DNA of 64,000 bases from positions 70,036 through 134,035 of the forward strand of contig PWGD01000148.1 of the NCBI GenBank assembly GCA_003554395.1, given 5' to 3'. The notes below the pieces were generated by a model. That model did no database searches. It was not told where the DNA came from and saw only the letters and a program-made list of their open reading frames with translations. The translations under genes and the position numbers were made by a program. Each line of letters opens with the position of its first letter. Positions within the stretch are counted from its first letter, which is position 1. This stretch comes from Syntrophomonadaceae bacterium (GTDB lineage Bacteria > Bacillota > Dethiobacteria > DTU022). Below are positions 52,241-61,883 of the stretch, piece after piece.

Positions 52241-53581
52241 TTACTCTTCCGGCGGTTCCGGGATAAAGCCATGTTCCATGGCGAACCTGGTCTGATCCTG
52301 GGATCGCTTGATGAATGATTCCGCCTTCTGGTAACATTCGTCGCGGCTGAGCTTAATCCTGGCCAGCCCTTCGTCAATTGCTTTCATCGCCGTTGCCGTG
52401 GCTACCCTGGGAAATACCTCCCACATATCCATGGTCGGCAAAATTTTCTCCGGATCCATACCGCCGTCGGGAGCGCAGGCGGCAAGTTCTTCGGCGGCGG
52501 CAATACACATGGTATCGGAGATGCCGCTGGCCTGAACGTCCAGGACTCCGCGGAATATAGCCGGGAAACCAAGGGAATTGTTGACCTGGTTCGGGAAGTC
52601 GGAACGGCCGGTAGAAACAATCTTTGCTCCCGCTTCCAGGGCTTCCCAGGGCCATATTTCAGGGATGGGATTGGCGCAGGCAAAAACAATCGCCTCCCTG
52701 GCCATGCTTTCCACCCATTCTTTTTTAATAGTATCCGGACCCGGTTTGGAAAGGCCAATCAGGACATCGGCTCCTTTACAGGCTTCTGCGGCACCACCGG
52801 TTAATCCTTCCCCGTTTGTGGTCCGGGCCAGTTCCCATTTAACCGGGTGCTCTTCTTTTAGCTCGGTGCGTCCTTCATGCAGGGCCCCTTTGCTGTCGAT
52901 CATGATAATTTTTTTGGGATCCATACCGGCTGCTATCAGGAGCCTGACCGTACAAATGTTGGCCGCTCCCGCCCCGATCAGGACAGTTTTAACCTCGCCA
53001 ATTTTTTTGTTCACGATTTTAAGGGCATTGATCAACCCGGCCAAAGTAACCAGGGCGGTGCCCTGTTGATCATCGTGCCAAACCGGGATCTCGCATTCTT
53101 CCTTTAACCGGTCCAGGACGTAAAAGCATTTGGGGCTGGCAATATCCTCTAAGTTGATACCCCCGAAGCTGGGTTGAAGCATCTTGACAAAATTAATCAA
53201 CTCGTCGGCGTCTTTAGTATCGACACAGATAGGAAAAGCATCGACCCCGCCCAGGTATTTGAAAAGCAGGGCCTTTCCTTCCATTACAGGCATACTTGCC
53301 TCCGGGCCAATGTCGCCCAGGCCAAGGACCCTGGTCCCATCGGAGACAACAGCGCAAAAATTAGCCTTGTTGGTATACTTATAAACATCCTCTTTGTTTC
53401 GGGCAATAGCTTTACAGGGTTCAGCCACCCCGGGAGTATACCAGATTGCGAAATCGCCGATGTTGCGGACACAGCTCTTTAAATTAACTTCGATTTTACC
53501 CCTGTAAAAAGGATGAAGGCGCATAGCATCTTCAGCCGGCTTTTTGGCCTTGGCCAACAATTCATCTTTGTTCATAGTCAC
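52241..53581 (-). CDS. NAD(P)-dependent malic enzyme (short, MaeA/YtsJ type)
   Basis: 446 aa. Conserved N-terminus LHPFYRGKIEV, FAIWYTPGVAEPC, and a Rossmann motif GAGAAN. Confidence 0.9.
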   Translation of the reverse strand: MTMNKDELLAKAKKPAEDAMRLHPFYRGKIEVNLKSCVRNIGDFAIWYTPGVAEPCKAIARNKEDVYKYTNKANFCAVVSDGTRVLGLGDIGPEASMPVMEGKALLFKYLGGVDAFPICVDTKDADELINFVKMLQPSFGGINLEDIASPKCFYVLDRLKEECEIPVWHDDQQGTALVTLAGLINALKIVNKKIGEVKTVLIGAGAANICTVRLLIAAGMDPKKIIMIDSKGALHEGRTELKEEHPVKWELARTTNGEGLTGGAAEACKGADVLIGLSKPGPDTIKKEWVESMAREAIVFACANPIPEIWPWEALEAGAKIVSTGRSDFPNQVNNSLGFPAIFRGVLDVQASGISDTMCIAAAEELAACAPDGGMDPEKILPTMDMWEVFPRVATATAMKAIDEGLARIKLSRDECYQKAESFIKRSQDQTRFAMEHGFIPEPPEE

Positions 53582-53656
53582 AAGTAATCCCTCCCTTTTT
53601 CTATGATATTATTAGAATACATCCATATAGGATTAAAATATAAAAAACAGCCCGGT

Positions 53657-54208
53657 TTAACGTGCGTAAGCTTTAGCTCCTTCAGCATATAAATCATTAC
53701 CGTAGGCATCGTTTATAACTGTAGCCGGAAAATCTTCCACTTCAAGACGGTGGATAGCTTCTGCTCCCAGTTCCGGGTAGGCCACCACTTCGCTTTGCTT
53801 GATCTTTTGGGAAAGCAGGGCCCCTGCTCCTCCCACCGCAGCCAGATAAAGGCCCTTGTACTGCTGCAGGGCATCTTTGACAGTCTGGTTGCGGAGGCCT
53901 TTTCCAATGCAGGCCTTCATGCCTTTTTCCAGCATCCGCGGCGTATAGGCGTCCATCCGGCCGCTGGTAGTCGGGCCGGCCGAGCCGATTACCTGCCCCG
54001 GTTTGGCCGGAGTCGGTCCAACATAATAGATAATCTGTCCCTGCAGGTCAATCGGCAGAGATTCTCCTTGATCCATTAACTCAACCAGTTTTTTATGGGC
54101 AGCATCCCGGGCGGTGTAGATAACACCGTTAATCAGGACATTATCACCGGTTTTCAGGGACAGGACAGCCTCATCTGTGAGAGGGGCTTCAATTTTTTTG
54201 GGTTCCAT
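53657..54208 (-). CDS. fumB: Class I fumarate hydratase (Fe-S hydro-lyase, tartrate/fumarate subfamily), beta subunit
   Basis: 183 aa. TtdB/FumB-like C-terminal domain. Confidence 0.85.
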   Translation of the reverse strand: MEPKKIEAPLTDEAVLSLKTGDNVLINGVIYTARDAAHKKLVELMDQGESLPIDLQGQIIYYVGPTPAKPGQVIGSAGPTTSGRMDAYTPRMLEKGMKACIGKGLRNQTVKDALQQYKGLYLAAVGGAGALLSQKIKQSEVVAYPELGAEAIHRLEVEDFPATVINDAYGNDLYAEGAKAYAR

Positions 54209-54224
54209 ACCTGTTTGCCTCCTT

Positions 54225-55070
54225 CTAGATTATCTTCTCCAGGTGCCGGCAGGCATGGCAGTTGATGTTCACCGCTGCCGCCATGCTGGCAATATGAGAA
54301 GGAAAAGTTTCAATGTGCACGGCCAGGGCAAAAACCCTGCCCCCGAAGCCCTGCGGACCCACACCAAGGTCATTGATCTTGTCCAGGATTTTATTTTCCA
54401 GGGCGGCAAAGCGGCTATCCGGGTGGGGCTGACCCACCGGCCGGAACAGGGCCTTTTTAGCCTGGACCGCCACCTTGTCAAAAGTGCCTCCGATACCCAC
54501 CCCTACCACAATCGGCGGGCAGGGGTTGGGGCCTGCCGTTTTGACATGGTTGACCACAAAATCGATCAGGCCCTCTTCGCCGTCAGCAGGTTTCAACATT
54601 TTAACGGCGCTCATGTTTTCGCTTCCGCCTCCCTTGGGGGCGAAAGCTATTTTCACCTTGTCCCCGGGAACAATAGCGGTATAAATAACGGCTGGAGTAT
54701 TGTCTCCGGTATTTTTACGGTCATAGAGAGGATCCTCAACAATTGATTTACGCAGGTATCCTTCAGTATAACCTTTTTTAACCCCGGCATTGATCGCTTC
54801 TTCCAGGGTTCCCCCGGTCAGGTGCACCTCCTGGCCCAGCTCCACAAAAAAAACGGCAAACCCCGTATCCTGGCAGATCGGAATTTGCTCGTTTTTGGCA
54901 ATTTCCAGGTTATCGATTAATTGTTTGAGCACCTCTTTCCCCGTTGGCGATTCTTCTACCTCCAGGGATCGCTTCAGGGCCCCTGAGACATCTTCACCGA
55001 GATAAATATTGGCTTCTTCGCACATCCCGGCCACTGTATCAGTGATGGTCGACACGGCAAGTTCGCGCAA
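54225..55070 (-). CDS. fumA: Class I fumarate hydratase, alpha subunit (Fe-S, N-terminal domain)
   Basis: 281 aa. TTG start with GGGAGGTG RBS. Cys ligands C..C...C. TtdA/FumA family. Confidence 0.85.
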   Translation of the reverse strand: MRELAVSTITDTVAGMCEEANIYLGEDVSGALKRSLEVEESPTGKEVLKQLIDNLEIAKNEQIPICQDTGFAVFFVELGQEVHLTGGTLEEAINAGVKKGYTEGYLRKSIVEDPLYDRKNTGDNTPAVIYTAIVPGDKVKIAFAPKGGGSENMSAVKMLKPADGEEGLIDFVVNHVKTAGPNPCPPIVVGVGIGGTFDKVAVQAKKALFRPVGQPHPDSRFAALENKILDKINDLGVGPQGFGGRVFALAVHIETFPSHIASMAAAVNINCHACRHLEKII

Positions 55071-55186
55071 AATCCTGCACCTCCCTGTTTTTGTAGATAC
55101 TTACTGTACGAATCGTATTAATTTATTTTCTGTTTCCAGGGAGAAATTCCTGCCGGCAGTTATAATATTTATTATAATTCTAATAT

Positions 55187-56107
55187 TTATTTTGTCTCGC
55201 CAGAGCTGTTAACTCTTTTCAATAATCCCTCCCAGTCCCGATCCACTTCTTCCTGAAGAGCCTCAATGGTCATCTCGTCAACCTGCCTGAAGCGGCGCTG
55301 CGCTTCCAGGTACTCCTTTAACGGTGTCCTGGTCTTCTCCGGATAATAGGTCATCTGCCACTGCTCGCCGTTTATAATCTCGTAAAGCGGATAGAAGTTG
55401 GTGAAAACGGCCAGCCGAGACAGGTGGATCGTTTCGGACGAATCGGTCCCCCAACCCGGCGGACAGGGCGAAAGAACATGCATGAATCTGAACCCTTTGA
55501 TTCCCTGGGCTTTCTTCAGTTTATTTTCCATATCCTGCGGAAAAGCCAGGGACGCGGTGGCCGCATAAGGGATCCCGTGGGCGGCCATGATCCGCATGAT
55601 ATCTTTTTTCTGTCCGTGCTTAAACAGGGGATACGGGCGGGTACTGGTTCGGGCCCCAAAGGGGGTGGCCGAACTGGTCTGCATTCCCGTGTTCATGTAA
55701 GCTTCGTTGTCATAGCAGATAAAAATGTAGTCCTCGTTGCGCTGGGCGGCCCCTGACAGGGCCTGGAGACCGATATCAAAAGTGCCTCCGTCGCCGGCCA
55801 GCACTACTACCGTGGTGTCGTAATGCCCTTTGGCATTAAGCCCCCGCCTTAAACCGCTGCCCACCGCCCCGGCGCTGGGGAAGGGGCAGTGCAGGATCGG
55901 ACATTTTAAAGCTGTCAGCGGGGGCGCGCCGGCAATAATGCTCCAGCAGGAGGCGGTAATGGCCAGAGCCATGTTCGGGCCCAGGGCCCTGGTCAGGTAG
56001 CGGACCGTCAGGGCGCCCCCGCAACCCGGGCAGGCATTATGGCCTGAATACATTAATTCATTTTCTATGCTGTAGTCGGTAATTTTCACTTTAATTCCAC
56101 CCCCCAC
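55187..56107 (-). CDS. porB: 2-oxoacid:ferredoxin oxidoreductase beta subunit (TPP-binding)
   Basis: 306 aa. [4Fe-4S] Cys (CPGCG), TPP motif GDGG. Confidence 0.9.
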   Translation of the reverse strand: MGGGIKVKITDYSIENELMYSGHNACPGCGGALTVRYLTRALGPNMALAITASCWSIIAGAPPLTALKCPILHCPFPSAGAVGSGLRRGLNAKGHYDTTVVVLAGDGGTFDIGLQALSGAAQRNEDYIFICYDNEAYMNTGMQTSSATPFGARTSTRPYPLFKHGQKKDIMRIMAAHGIPYAATASLAFPQDMENKLKKAQGIKGFRFMHVLSPCPPGWGTDSSETIHLSRLAVFTNFYPLYEIINGEQWQMTYYPEKTRTPLKEYLEAQRRFRQVDEMTIEALQEEVDRDWEGLLKRVNSSGETK

Positions 56108-57228
56108 TCCTGATCAACCAATTTATCTCCCGGAGATTTTTCCGCTGCCCCGGCCAGAATATCTTTGGTCAGGTCAATACCGCCGGCCAGCAGCAGGTCC
56201 TGGATCACCGGCCTTACGGTAAGCCCGTACAAAGCAGCCCTGACCTCCTGGGCAAAATAGCCGCCGGTTCCCGTAGAACAATTGCGATCGACAATAATGA
56301 GCCGCTCCAGCCCCTGCTCTTCTACAATCCGGCCCAGTTCATCTCCCGGAAAAGGCCGAAACATCCTCAACTGGATCAGTCCGCAGCCCTTCAGTTCCGG
56401 TAAAAACCACTTGACGGTTTCCGCGGTGCTGCCGGCGGCCAGGAAGGCCGTTTTGGATCCTTCCGGGATGGTAGCATCCACCGTCTTGTAACTCCTTCCG
56501 AACACCCGGTAAAACTTCTCATTGATTGCAGTAAAAACTTGCGGGGCCCGGAGCATATCTTCGTGCCTCCTGCGGACCAGCTGCAGCTGAGTTTCCCCCT
56601 TAGAAAGGCCGTGCAGGTTGGCCTGGACTCCCGGTTCTACCTGGGCCTGAAACTGCGGCGGCCCAATAAATTCCCGGACCTTTTCAACTTCCGGGACATC
56701 AACCGGTTCGTAAGTGTGGGAAATGTAAAACCCGTCAAAAACTACCAGGCTGGGCAGGAGCAGTTCTTCAGAAAGCATGAAAGCCTGCAGGACAGTGTCG
56801 AACACTTCCTGGGCATTGGCACAATAGATCTGCATCCACCCGGTATCGCGCTGGCTGAGGCTATCCCCCTGGTCCGGATCCAGGACCCAAGGCGCACCCA
56901 CGGCCCGGTTCACATTGACCATAACAATGGGAAACCGGGCTCCGCTGCACCACTGGATCATTTCATGCATATAAGCCAGGCCGTGCGATGACGTGGCCGT
57001 AAACACCCTCGCTCCGGCCGCAACGGCCCCGTTGCAGCAGGAGAGGGCCGAATACTCCGATTCAACGCTGACAAACTCTCCTCCCAGTTCACCCTTGGCC
57101 TCAAAGTTGGCCAGGGTCTCCACGATTGCCGTCTGGGGCGTAATCGGGTAAGCCGCTACAAGATCTACTCCGGCCCGCTGGACAGCTATCGCTGCAGCCT
57201 GGCAACCGCTGATTAATTCATAGGGCAT
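56086..57228 (-). CDS. porA: 2-oxoacid:ferredoxin oxidoreductase alpha subunit
   Basis: Start at MPYELISG (57228), adjacent to the upstream gene's stop. POR/VOR alpha family. Confidence 0.9.
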   Translation of the reverse strand: MPYELISGCQAAAIAVQRAGVDLVAAYPITPQTAIVETLANFEAKGELGGEFVSVESEYSALSCCNGAVAAGARVFTATSSHGLAYMHEMIQWCSGARFPIVMVNVNRAVGAPWVLDPDQGDSLSQRDTGWMQIYCANAQEVFDTVLQAFMLSEELLLPSLVVFDGFYISHTYEPVDVPEVEKVREFIGPPQFQAQVEPGVQANLHGLSKGETQLQLVRRRHEDMLRAPQVFTAINEKFYRVFGRSYKTVDATIPEGSKTAFLAAGSTAETVKWFLPELKGCGLIQLRMFRPFPGDELGRIVEEQGLERLIIVDRNCSTGTGGYFAQEVRAALYGLTVRPVIQDLLLAGGIDLTKDILAGAAEKSPGDKLVDQEWGVELK

Positions 57229-57230
57229 CT

Positions 57231-58793
57231 TTAGTAACCCCCTTCCATTTGCAGGGCCCGGGCCGGGCACTCAGTGACACAAATGCCGCAACCCTTGCAG
57301 TAGTCAAGATTAAATTCATAGTTGTTGTTAATCCACTCAACGGCCACATCCGGACAAAAAAGATAGCAAATCCCGCATGTATTGCAGGTCCCGCATCCAA
57401 GGCAGCGGCCGGCCTCCAAAACCGGTTCCTTCTGCCTGTCCTGCAGCTCCAGGTCAGACCTGCCCAGCAGGTTCAATTCTTCAAAAGCCACCGGCTGCTC
57501 TGAAATACCAAAAACATCAGGACCGGGCCGGCTCTCTATCTTGGCCATAATGCTAAAAGCAGCCAGGCGCCCGGCCCTGATCGCTTCAGGGACCGTGGCG
57601 GGACCGCTGACCAGGTCTCCCCCGGCAAAGAGGGACATCTCTTCTTCAAGGGGATCAAAAACACTATAATCAGGTTCCTGGCCAAGAGCCAGGATTACCG
57701 ATCCGCATTCCTTTTTAAAAGTACGGCTCGTATCCAAGACCAGTCCTTCCCGGTTGGTTTTACTGTGATTGAAAAGCACAGCGCTGATGGAGCCGGAAGC
57801 GGTTTCTGTAACAACTTCAGCCGGATTGGCGTTAAAAACGAGCTCCACTCCTTCCTGTTCCGCCATTTCGACCTCACCCGGGTTGGCCGGCATTTCCGCC
57901 CGGCTTCTGCGGTAAATAAGGCTGACATGATTAATGCCATTCATGCGCAGGGCCGATCGGGCGCTGTCTACGGCCGCATTACCGCCCCCGATCACCACAA
58001 CCGGATCCTTTATTTCCACATGCTGTCTGGTATTGAACAGGCTTAGAAAATCCAGGGCATGGTAAACGCTTTTATGCTCCGCCCCCGCTAATTTTTCTTG
58101 GCGCGGCAGCCAGGCCCCCGTGGCCAGGAAAACTTCCCTGAAATCGTTGTTAAGTTCCCGCAGCATTAAATCCTCACCCAGGGTTCGGTTGGTGATAAAA
58201 GTTATGCCTTCCTCTTCCAGGATGGCCAGCTCCTTATTTAAAACCTCCCTGGGAAGGCGATATTCAGGGATTCCCAGGGCCAGCATTCCACCGCTTATCG
58301 AAGATTTTTCAAAAACGGTTACTTTGTAGCCATGATCTGAAAGGTAAAAAGCGCAGCTCAATCCCGCCGGCCCGGATCCGACCACCGCCACCGGATCTTT
58401 TACCGCCCGCGGCCCGCGCCGGGGCTGGTAGTGATCAAAGCGCCACTCGCCAATGGCCCTTTCAACAGCCGGTATTTCCAGTTCCTGATCCAGCCTGCCC
58501 CGGTTGCAGTTTTCAGTACAGGGAGAAAAACAGACATGGCCGGTCAGGGCCGGAAAGGGATTGGAACGGCTCATTATCTGCCAGGCGTCCTCCCACCGGC
58601 CGCCCTTGACCGCCTCCATCCAGTCGGGTACTTCTGAATGGAGAAGGCAATCGTGGCGGCATGGAGATAATCTTTTTATCTTCTCCGGAGCCGCCAGGCG
58701 CCAACCGCCGGTCTTGTTTAATGAACTGGCCTCACTTCCCCGGGCATAAAGATAGTTAAGAAGGGCTTCGTTTGTCTTACCTGACAAGGCCAC
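57231..58793 (-). CDS. GltD-like NAD(P)H-dependent flavoprotein fused to a 2x[4Fe-4S] ferredoxin domain (occupies the PorD/delta position of the oxidoreductase operon)
   Basis: 520 aa. N-terminal Fe-S cysteines (SPCRHDC...CFSPCTENC). Two dinucleotide folds (VAVVGSGPAGLSCA, VVVIGGGNAAVDSA), as in the glutamate synthase small subunit / SudA / NfnB family. C-terminal CLGCGTCNTCGICYLFCP...CKGCGICVTECP. Confidence 0.75.
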   Translation of the reverse strand: MALSGKTNEALLNYLYARGSEASSLNKTGGWRLAAPEKIKRLSPCRHDCLLHSEVPDWMEAVKGGRWEDAWQIMSRSNPFPALTGHVCFSPCTENCNRGRLDQELEIPAVERAIGEWRFDHYQPRRGPRAVKDPVAVVGSGPAGLSCAFYLSDHGYKVTVFEKSSISGGMLALGIPEYRLPREVLNKELAILEEEGITFITNRTLGEDLMLRELNNDFREVFLATGAWLPRQEKLAGAEHKSVYHALDFLSLFNTRQHVEIKDPVVVIGGGNAAVDSARSALRMNGINHVSLIYRRSRAEMPANPGEVEMAEQEGVELVFNANPAEVVTETASGSISAVLFNHSKTNREGLVLDTSRTFKKECGSVILALGQEPDYSVFDPLEEEMSLFAGGDLVSGPATVPEAIRAGRLAAFSIMAKIESRPGPDVFGISEQPVAFEELNLLGRSDLELQDRQKEPVLEAGRCLGCGTCNTCGICYLFCPDVAVEWINNNYEFNLDYCKGCGICVTECPARALQMEGGY

Positions 58794-59367
58794 CCACCTC
58801 CCTTACTCTTTCAGATCCTTCGTTAACAGCGCTGATATTGGCTTCTAAACTGGCCGTTATCCTTTTTTTGATTGAATCAACCAGGTTATCCAGGGAAGCT
58901 ATACCGCTAACCCGGGCCATCGCTCCGAGCATAACTGTATTGACCACCGGAAAACCGGCCACTGTCAAACCGTGCTTGCGGGCAATATCGGTAGCATCAA
59001 CAGTATAAACTCTGAAGCGGTTTCCTGCCAGGGCATCACCGGGCAAGTTGTCCAGGTTATCCTCTGCGATGTTAACCATTAGAATGCCCCCTTCTTTCAG
59101 GCCGGAAAGCAGGGTTTCATCGCTCAGAGTCGGATCGAAAACAACAACATAATCCGGGTTATAAATACGGCTCCTGGGCATCAGGGGATTTTCTCCGGCT
59201 CTTATAAAGGCAGTCACCGGAGCGCCGCGCCTTTCAGCCCCGAACAATGAAAAGGCCCTTGCATAGCGGCCGTCCAGAAATACAGCTTCGGCAAAAATTG
59301 CGGCCGCTACGACGATCCCCTGGCCGCCGCGTCCATGCAGCCTAAATTCAAGCATGCTGTCAGCCAT
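58777..59367 (-). CDS. porG: 2-oxoacid:ferredoxin oxidoreductase gamma subunit (pyruvate/ketoisovalerate oxidoreductase gamma)
   Basis: 196 aa. Conserved start FRLHGRGGQGIV. Confidence 0.9.
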   Translation of the reverse strand: MADSMLEFRLHGRGGQGIVVAAAIFAEAVFLDGRYARAFSLFGAERRGAPVTAFIRAGENPLMPRSRIYNPDYVVVFDPTLSDETLLSGLKEGGILMVNIAEDNLDNLPGDALAGNRFRVYTVDATDIARKHGLTVAGFPVVNTVMLGAMARVSGIASLDNLVDSIKKRITASLEANISAVNEGSERVREVGGLVR

Positions 59368-59459
59368 TTTAATCCTCTCCCCGCCAGAAAATATAACCTA
59401 TCATCTACCCCACAGCTAGCGCCGCAGAAAAAAATGCAAAAGCTGCTTTCCTTAAAGAT

Positions 59460-60494
59460 TTACCGCATCTGCAATCTCTCTTCGGCATAAATATCTGCTA
59501 TCTCTGCCGGCAGTAACTGTTCTTCCCGGGCTCTTCTGAACAACATCTTAAGGCGTTCTTCAATGCGGTCCACTTCTGCTGTGATTTTCTCTTGATCAGT
59601 AATACCCTGCCTGTGCATTTCAACAAAAACCAGGCCGCCGGCATTGATGACATAATCGGGGGCATAAAGAATGCCTCGCTCTTGTATAGCTTTAGCCATC
59701 TCTTTAGTTTTGTAGATGTTATTGGCGGCGCCGGCAATAATTTTACATTTTAACTGGGGCAGAGTTTTTTCATTTATTACTCCCCCGCCCGCACAAGGCG
59801 AAAAGATATCGCATTCCTGGCTATAAATATCTTCGGGGGAAACCGCCCGGGCACCCCACTTTTCCTGGGCTGCTTTCACTCTCTCCTGGTCCAGATCGCA
59901 AATAATCAGGCTGGCTCCTTCATCAACCAGGTGCTGACAGAGGGATTCGCCCACACTGCCAATACCCTGGACGGCTACAACTTTACCTTCCAGATTAGGA
60001 GAACCATATACCTCCTCTGCACAAGCCCTGATGCCTCTCCAGACCCCGTAAGCAGTAAAAGGAGAAGGGCTGCCCACACTCTCACCGCCGATAACGCATT
60101 CTGTTTCGTCGCACATTAAAGTCAGATCATCCTCATCGACACCCATATCTTTACCGGTATAAAAACGTTTGTTTAAGCGATTAAGGAAACGGCCGTAAGA
60201 ATGGAAAAGTTCCGGACACTTATCCTTATTGGGATCTCCGATAATAAGGCCTTTCCCTCCTCCGACCGGCAGCTCCGCTGCAGCAGACTTGTAACTCATT
60301 CCGCGGGCCAGATGCATTAAATCCTCTATGGCCGCTTCTTCTGAAGCATAAGACCACATGCGGGTTCCACCCAGGGCCGGACCACGGACTGTGCTGTGAA
60401 TGGCAACCGCCGCTTTTAAACCGCACGAGGCATCACATACCATAATCAATTCTTCGAAACCCTGTTCTTCCATCTTGGCCAGATAACCGGACAT
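59460..60494 (-). CDS. Glu/Leu/Phe/Val dehydrogenase family, leucine/valine-dehydrogenase-like (paralog 2)
   Basis: 344 aa. LGPALGGTRMW..GGGK (catalytic Lys region), NAD fold GIGSVG. Close to LeuDH in length and sequence. Confidence 0.85.
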   Translation of the reverse strand: MSGYLAKMEEQGFEELIMVCDASCGLKAAVAIHSTVRGPALGGTRMWSYASEEAAIEDLMHLARGMSYKSAAAELPVGGGKGLIIGDPNKDKCPELFHSYGRFLNRLNKRFYTGKDMGVDEDDLTLMCDETECVIGGESVGSPSPFTAYGVWRGIRACAEEVYGSPNLEGKVVAVQGIGSVGESLCQHLVDEGASLIICDLDQERVKAAQEKWGARAVSPEDIYSQECDIFSPCAGGGVINEKTLPQLKCKIIAGAANNIYKTKEMAKAIQERGILYAPDYVINAGGLVFVEMHRQGITDQEKITAEVDRIEERLKMLFRRAREEQLLPAEIADIYAEERLQMR

Positions 60495-60761
60495 GATTAT
60501 CCTCCTCTAAAAAAATTTTATTAACCTTTCTTAACATAATAATTCGCAATTTTCTTACCAAACTTTTTTTAGTGCCCTCCCAAACCGGCTTATCTTCGCT
60601 GGAATTATTAAATTTTTCCCCACAACCGCTTCATCCAGGGCCGGGCAGGCTTCGAGATACCATGCATAATTTTGCAAATTGTAATTGTTTGCTTGCATAA
60701 TTTTGCATGGTTGCTTATCCGTACCATCCAACCGCTTTGTAAAATTCCTGCCTTTCCAACT

Positions 60762-61796
60762 TTATCTTTTTCCCAGTTTTTCCTCGGCATAAATGTTGGC
60801 CGCCTCTTCCGGGAGCAGGTTTTGTTCACGGGACCGGCTGAATAGTTCTTTCAGGCGTCCCTCGATCCGGGCTATTAGCTGCCTGATTTTCTCTTCATCC
60901 CTTTCACCCTGCCTCCGCATCTCGACAAAAATTAATCCCCCGGCGTTAATGATATAATCGGGGGCATAAAGGATCCCCCGTTCCTTGAGGGCGGCACCGA
61001 GCCCCTCTTCCTTAATAACATTGTTGGCCGCACCGGCCACAATATTGCATTTCAGGTGGGATAATGTTTGTTCATTGATCACCCCTCCGATCCCGCAGGG
61101 CACGAAGATATCGCACTCCCGGAAAATAATTTGATCGGTATCGACCGCCGTAGCACCAAAGGTGGTTACCGCCTGCTTAACCCTGTTTTGATCGAGATCG
61201 CTTACCAGCAGCCGGGCGCCTTCTCCGGCCAGGGACCCGCAAAGGGCCGCGCCTACACTGCCCACCCCCTGGACAGCAATGACCTTGTCTTCCAGGTTCG
61301 GGGAACCGTAGACCTCCTCTGCGCAGGCTTTAATGCCTTTCCAGACCCCGTAGGCGGTAAAGGGTGACGGGCTGCCGATTTCAGTTCCCCCCACCACATG
61401 GCGGGTTTCCTTCCTGATGCAGTCCAGGTCGTTCTCTTCGATTCCCATATCGGCCGCTGTTATAAATCTGCCATTTAAATGTTCCACGAAGCGACCGTAA
61501 CAACTGAACAGCTCTTCGCATTTGTCCCGACCGGGATCGCCAATGATCACCCCTTTCCCCCCGCCGAGCGGCAGGTCCGCGGCCGCTGCCTTGTAACTCA
61601 TCCCGCAGGCCAGGCACATGACATCATCCACGGCCTCCTCTTCGCTTGGGTATGTCCACATCCGGGTTCCTCCCAGGGCCGGTCCGAGGGCCGTGCTGTG
61701 AATGGCTATCGCCCCCTTCAGGCCGGTCTCTGTATCATGGAGCAGGACCAGTTCCTCAAATCCTTTTTCTTCCATTTTAGCCAGGTATTCAGTCAT
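60762..61796 (-). CDS. Glu/Leu/Phe/Val dehydrogenase family, leucine/valine-dehydrogenase-like (paralog 1)
   Basis: Start at MTEYLAKMEE with a GGAGGG RBS. About 65% identical to paralog 2 across the full length. Confidence 0.85.
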   Translation of the reverse strand: MTEYLAKMEEKGFEELVLLHDTETGLKGAIAIHSTALGPALGGTRMWTYPSEEEAVDDVMCLACGMSYKAAAADLPLGGGKGVIIGDPGRDKCEELFSCYGRFVEHLNGRFITAADMGIEENDLDCIRKETRHVVGGTEIGSPSPFTAYGVWKGIKACAEEVYGSPNLEDKVIAVQGVGSVGAALCGSLAGEGARLLVSDLDQNRVKQAVTTFGATAVDTDQIIFRECDIFVPCGIGGVINEQTLSHLKCNIVAGAANNVIKEEGLGAALKERGILYAPDYIINAGGLIFVEMRRQGERDEEKIRQLIARIEGRLKELFSRSREQNLLPEEAANIYAEEKLGKR

Positions 61797-61867
61797 AATT
61801 AGTCCCTCCATTATATAAGTCAGGCTCGCTGGTTGCTTGCATTGGTTGCTTTTATAAACTATATATT

Positions 61868-61883
61868 TGCAATTTTTATACCA
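61868..61883 (-). promoter_or_regulatory. Sigma-54 (-24/-12) promoter TGGTAT-N5-TTGCA upstream of the dehydrogenase/oxidoreductase operon
   Basis: Minus strand TGGTATAAAAATTGCA. GG and GC are separated by 10 nt, as in the consensus TGGCAC-N5-TTGCW. It is ~70 nt upstream of the paralog-1 start. A sigma-54 EBP gene lies immediately upstream. Confidence 0.45.

Noticed and set aside
59505-59514. CTGCCGGCAG palindrome identical to the one upstream of fumA
   Set aside because: It lies inside the coding sequence of dehydrogenase paralog 2 (codons LPAE). It is most likely coincidental rather than an operator.
60608-60829. 73-aa minus-strand ORF in the spacer between the two dehydrogenase paralogs
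   Set aside because: It overlaps the paralog-1 C-terminus in another frame and has no RBS. The spacer is better explained as a duplicated regulatory region.
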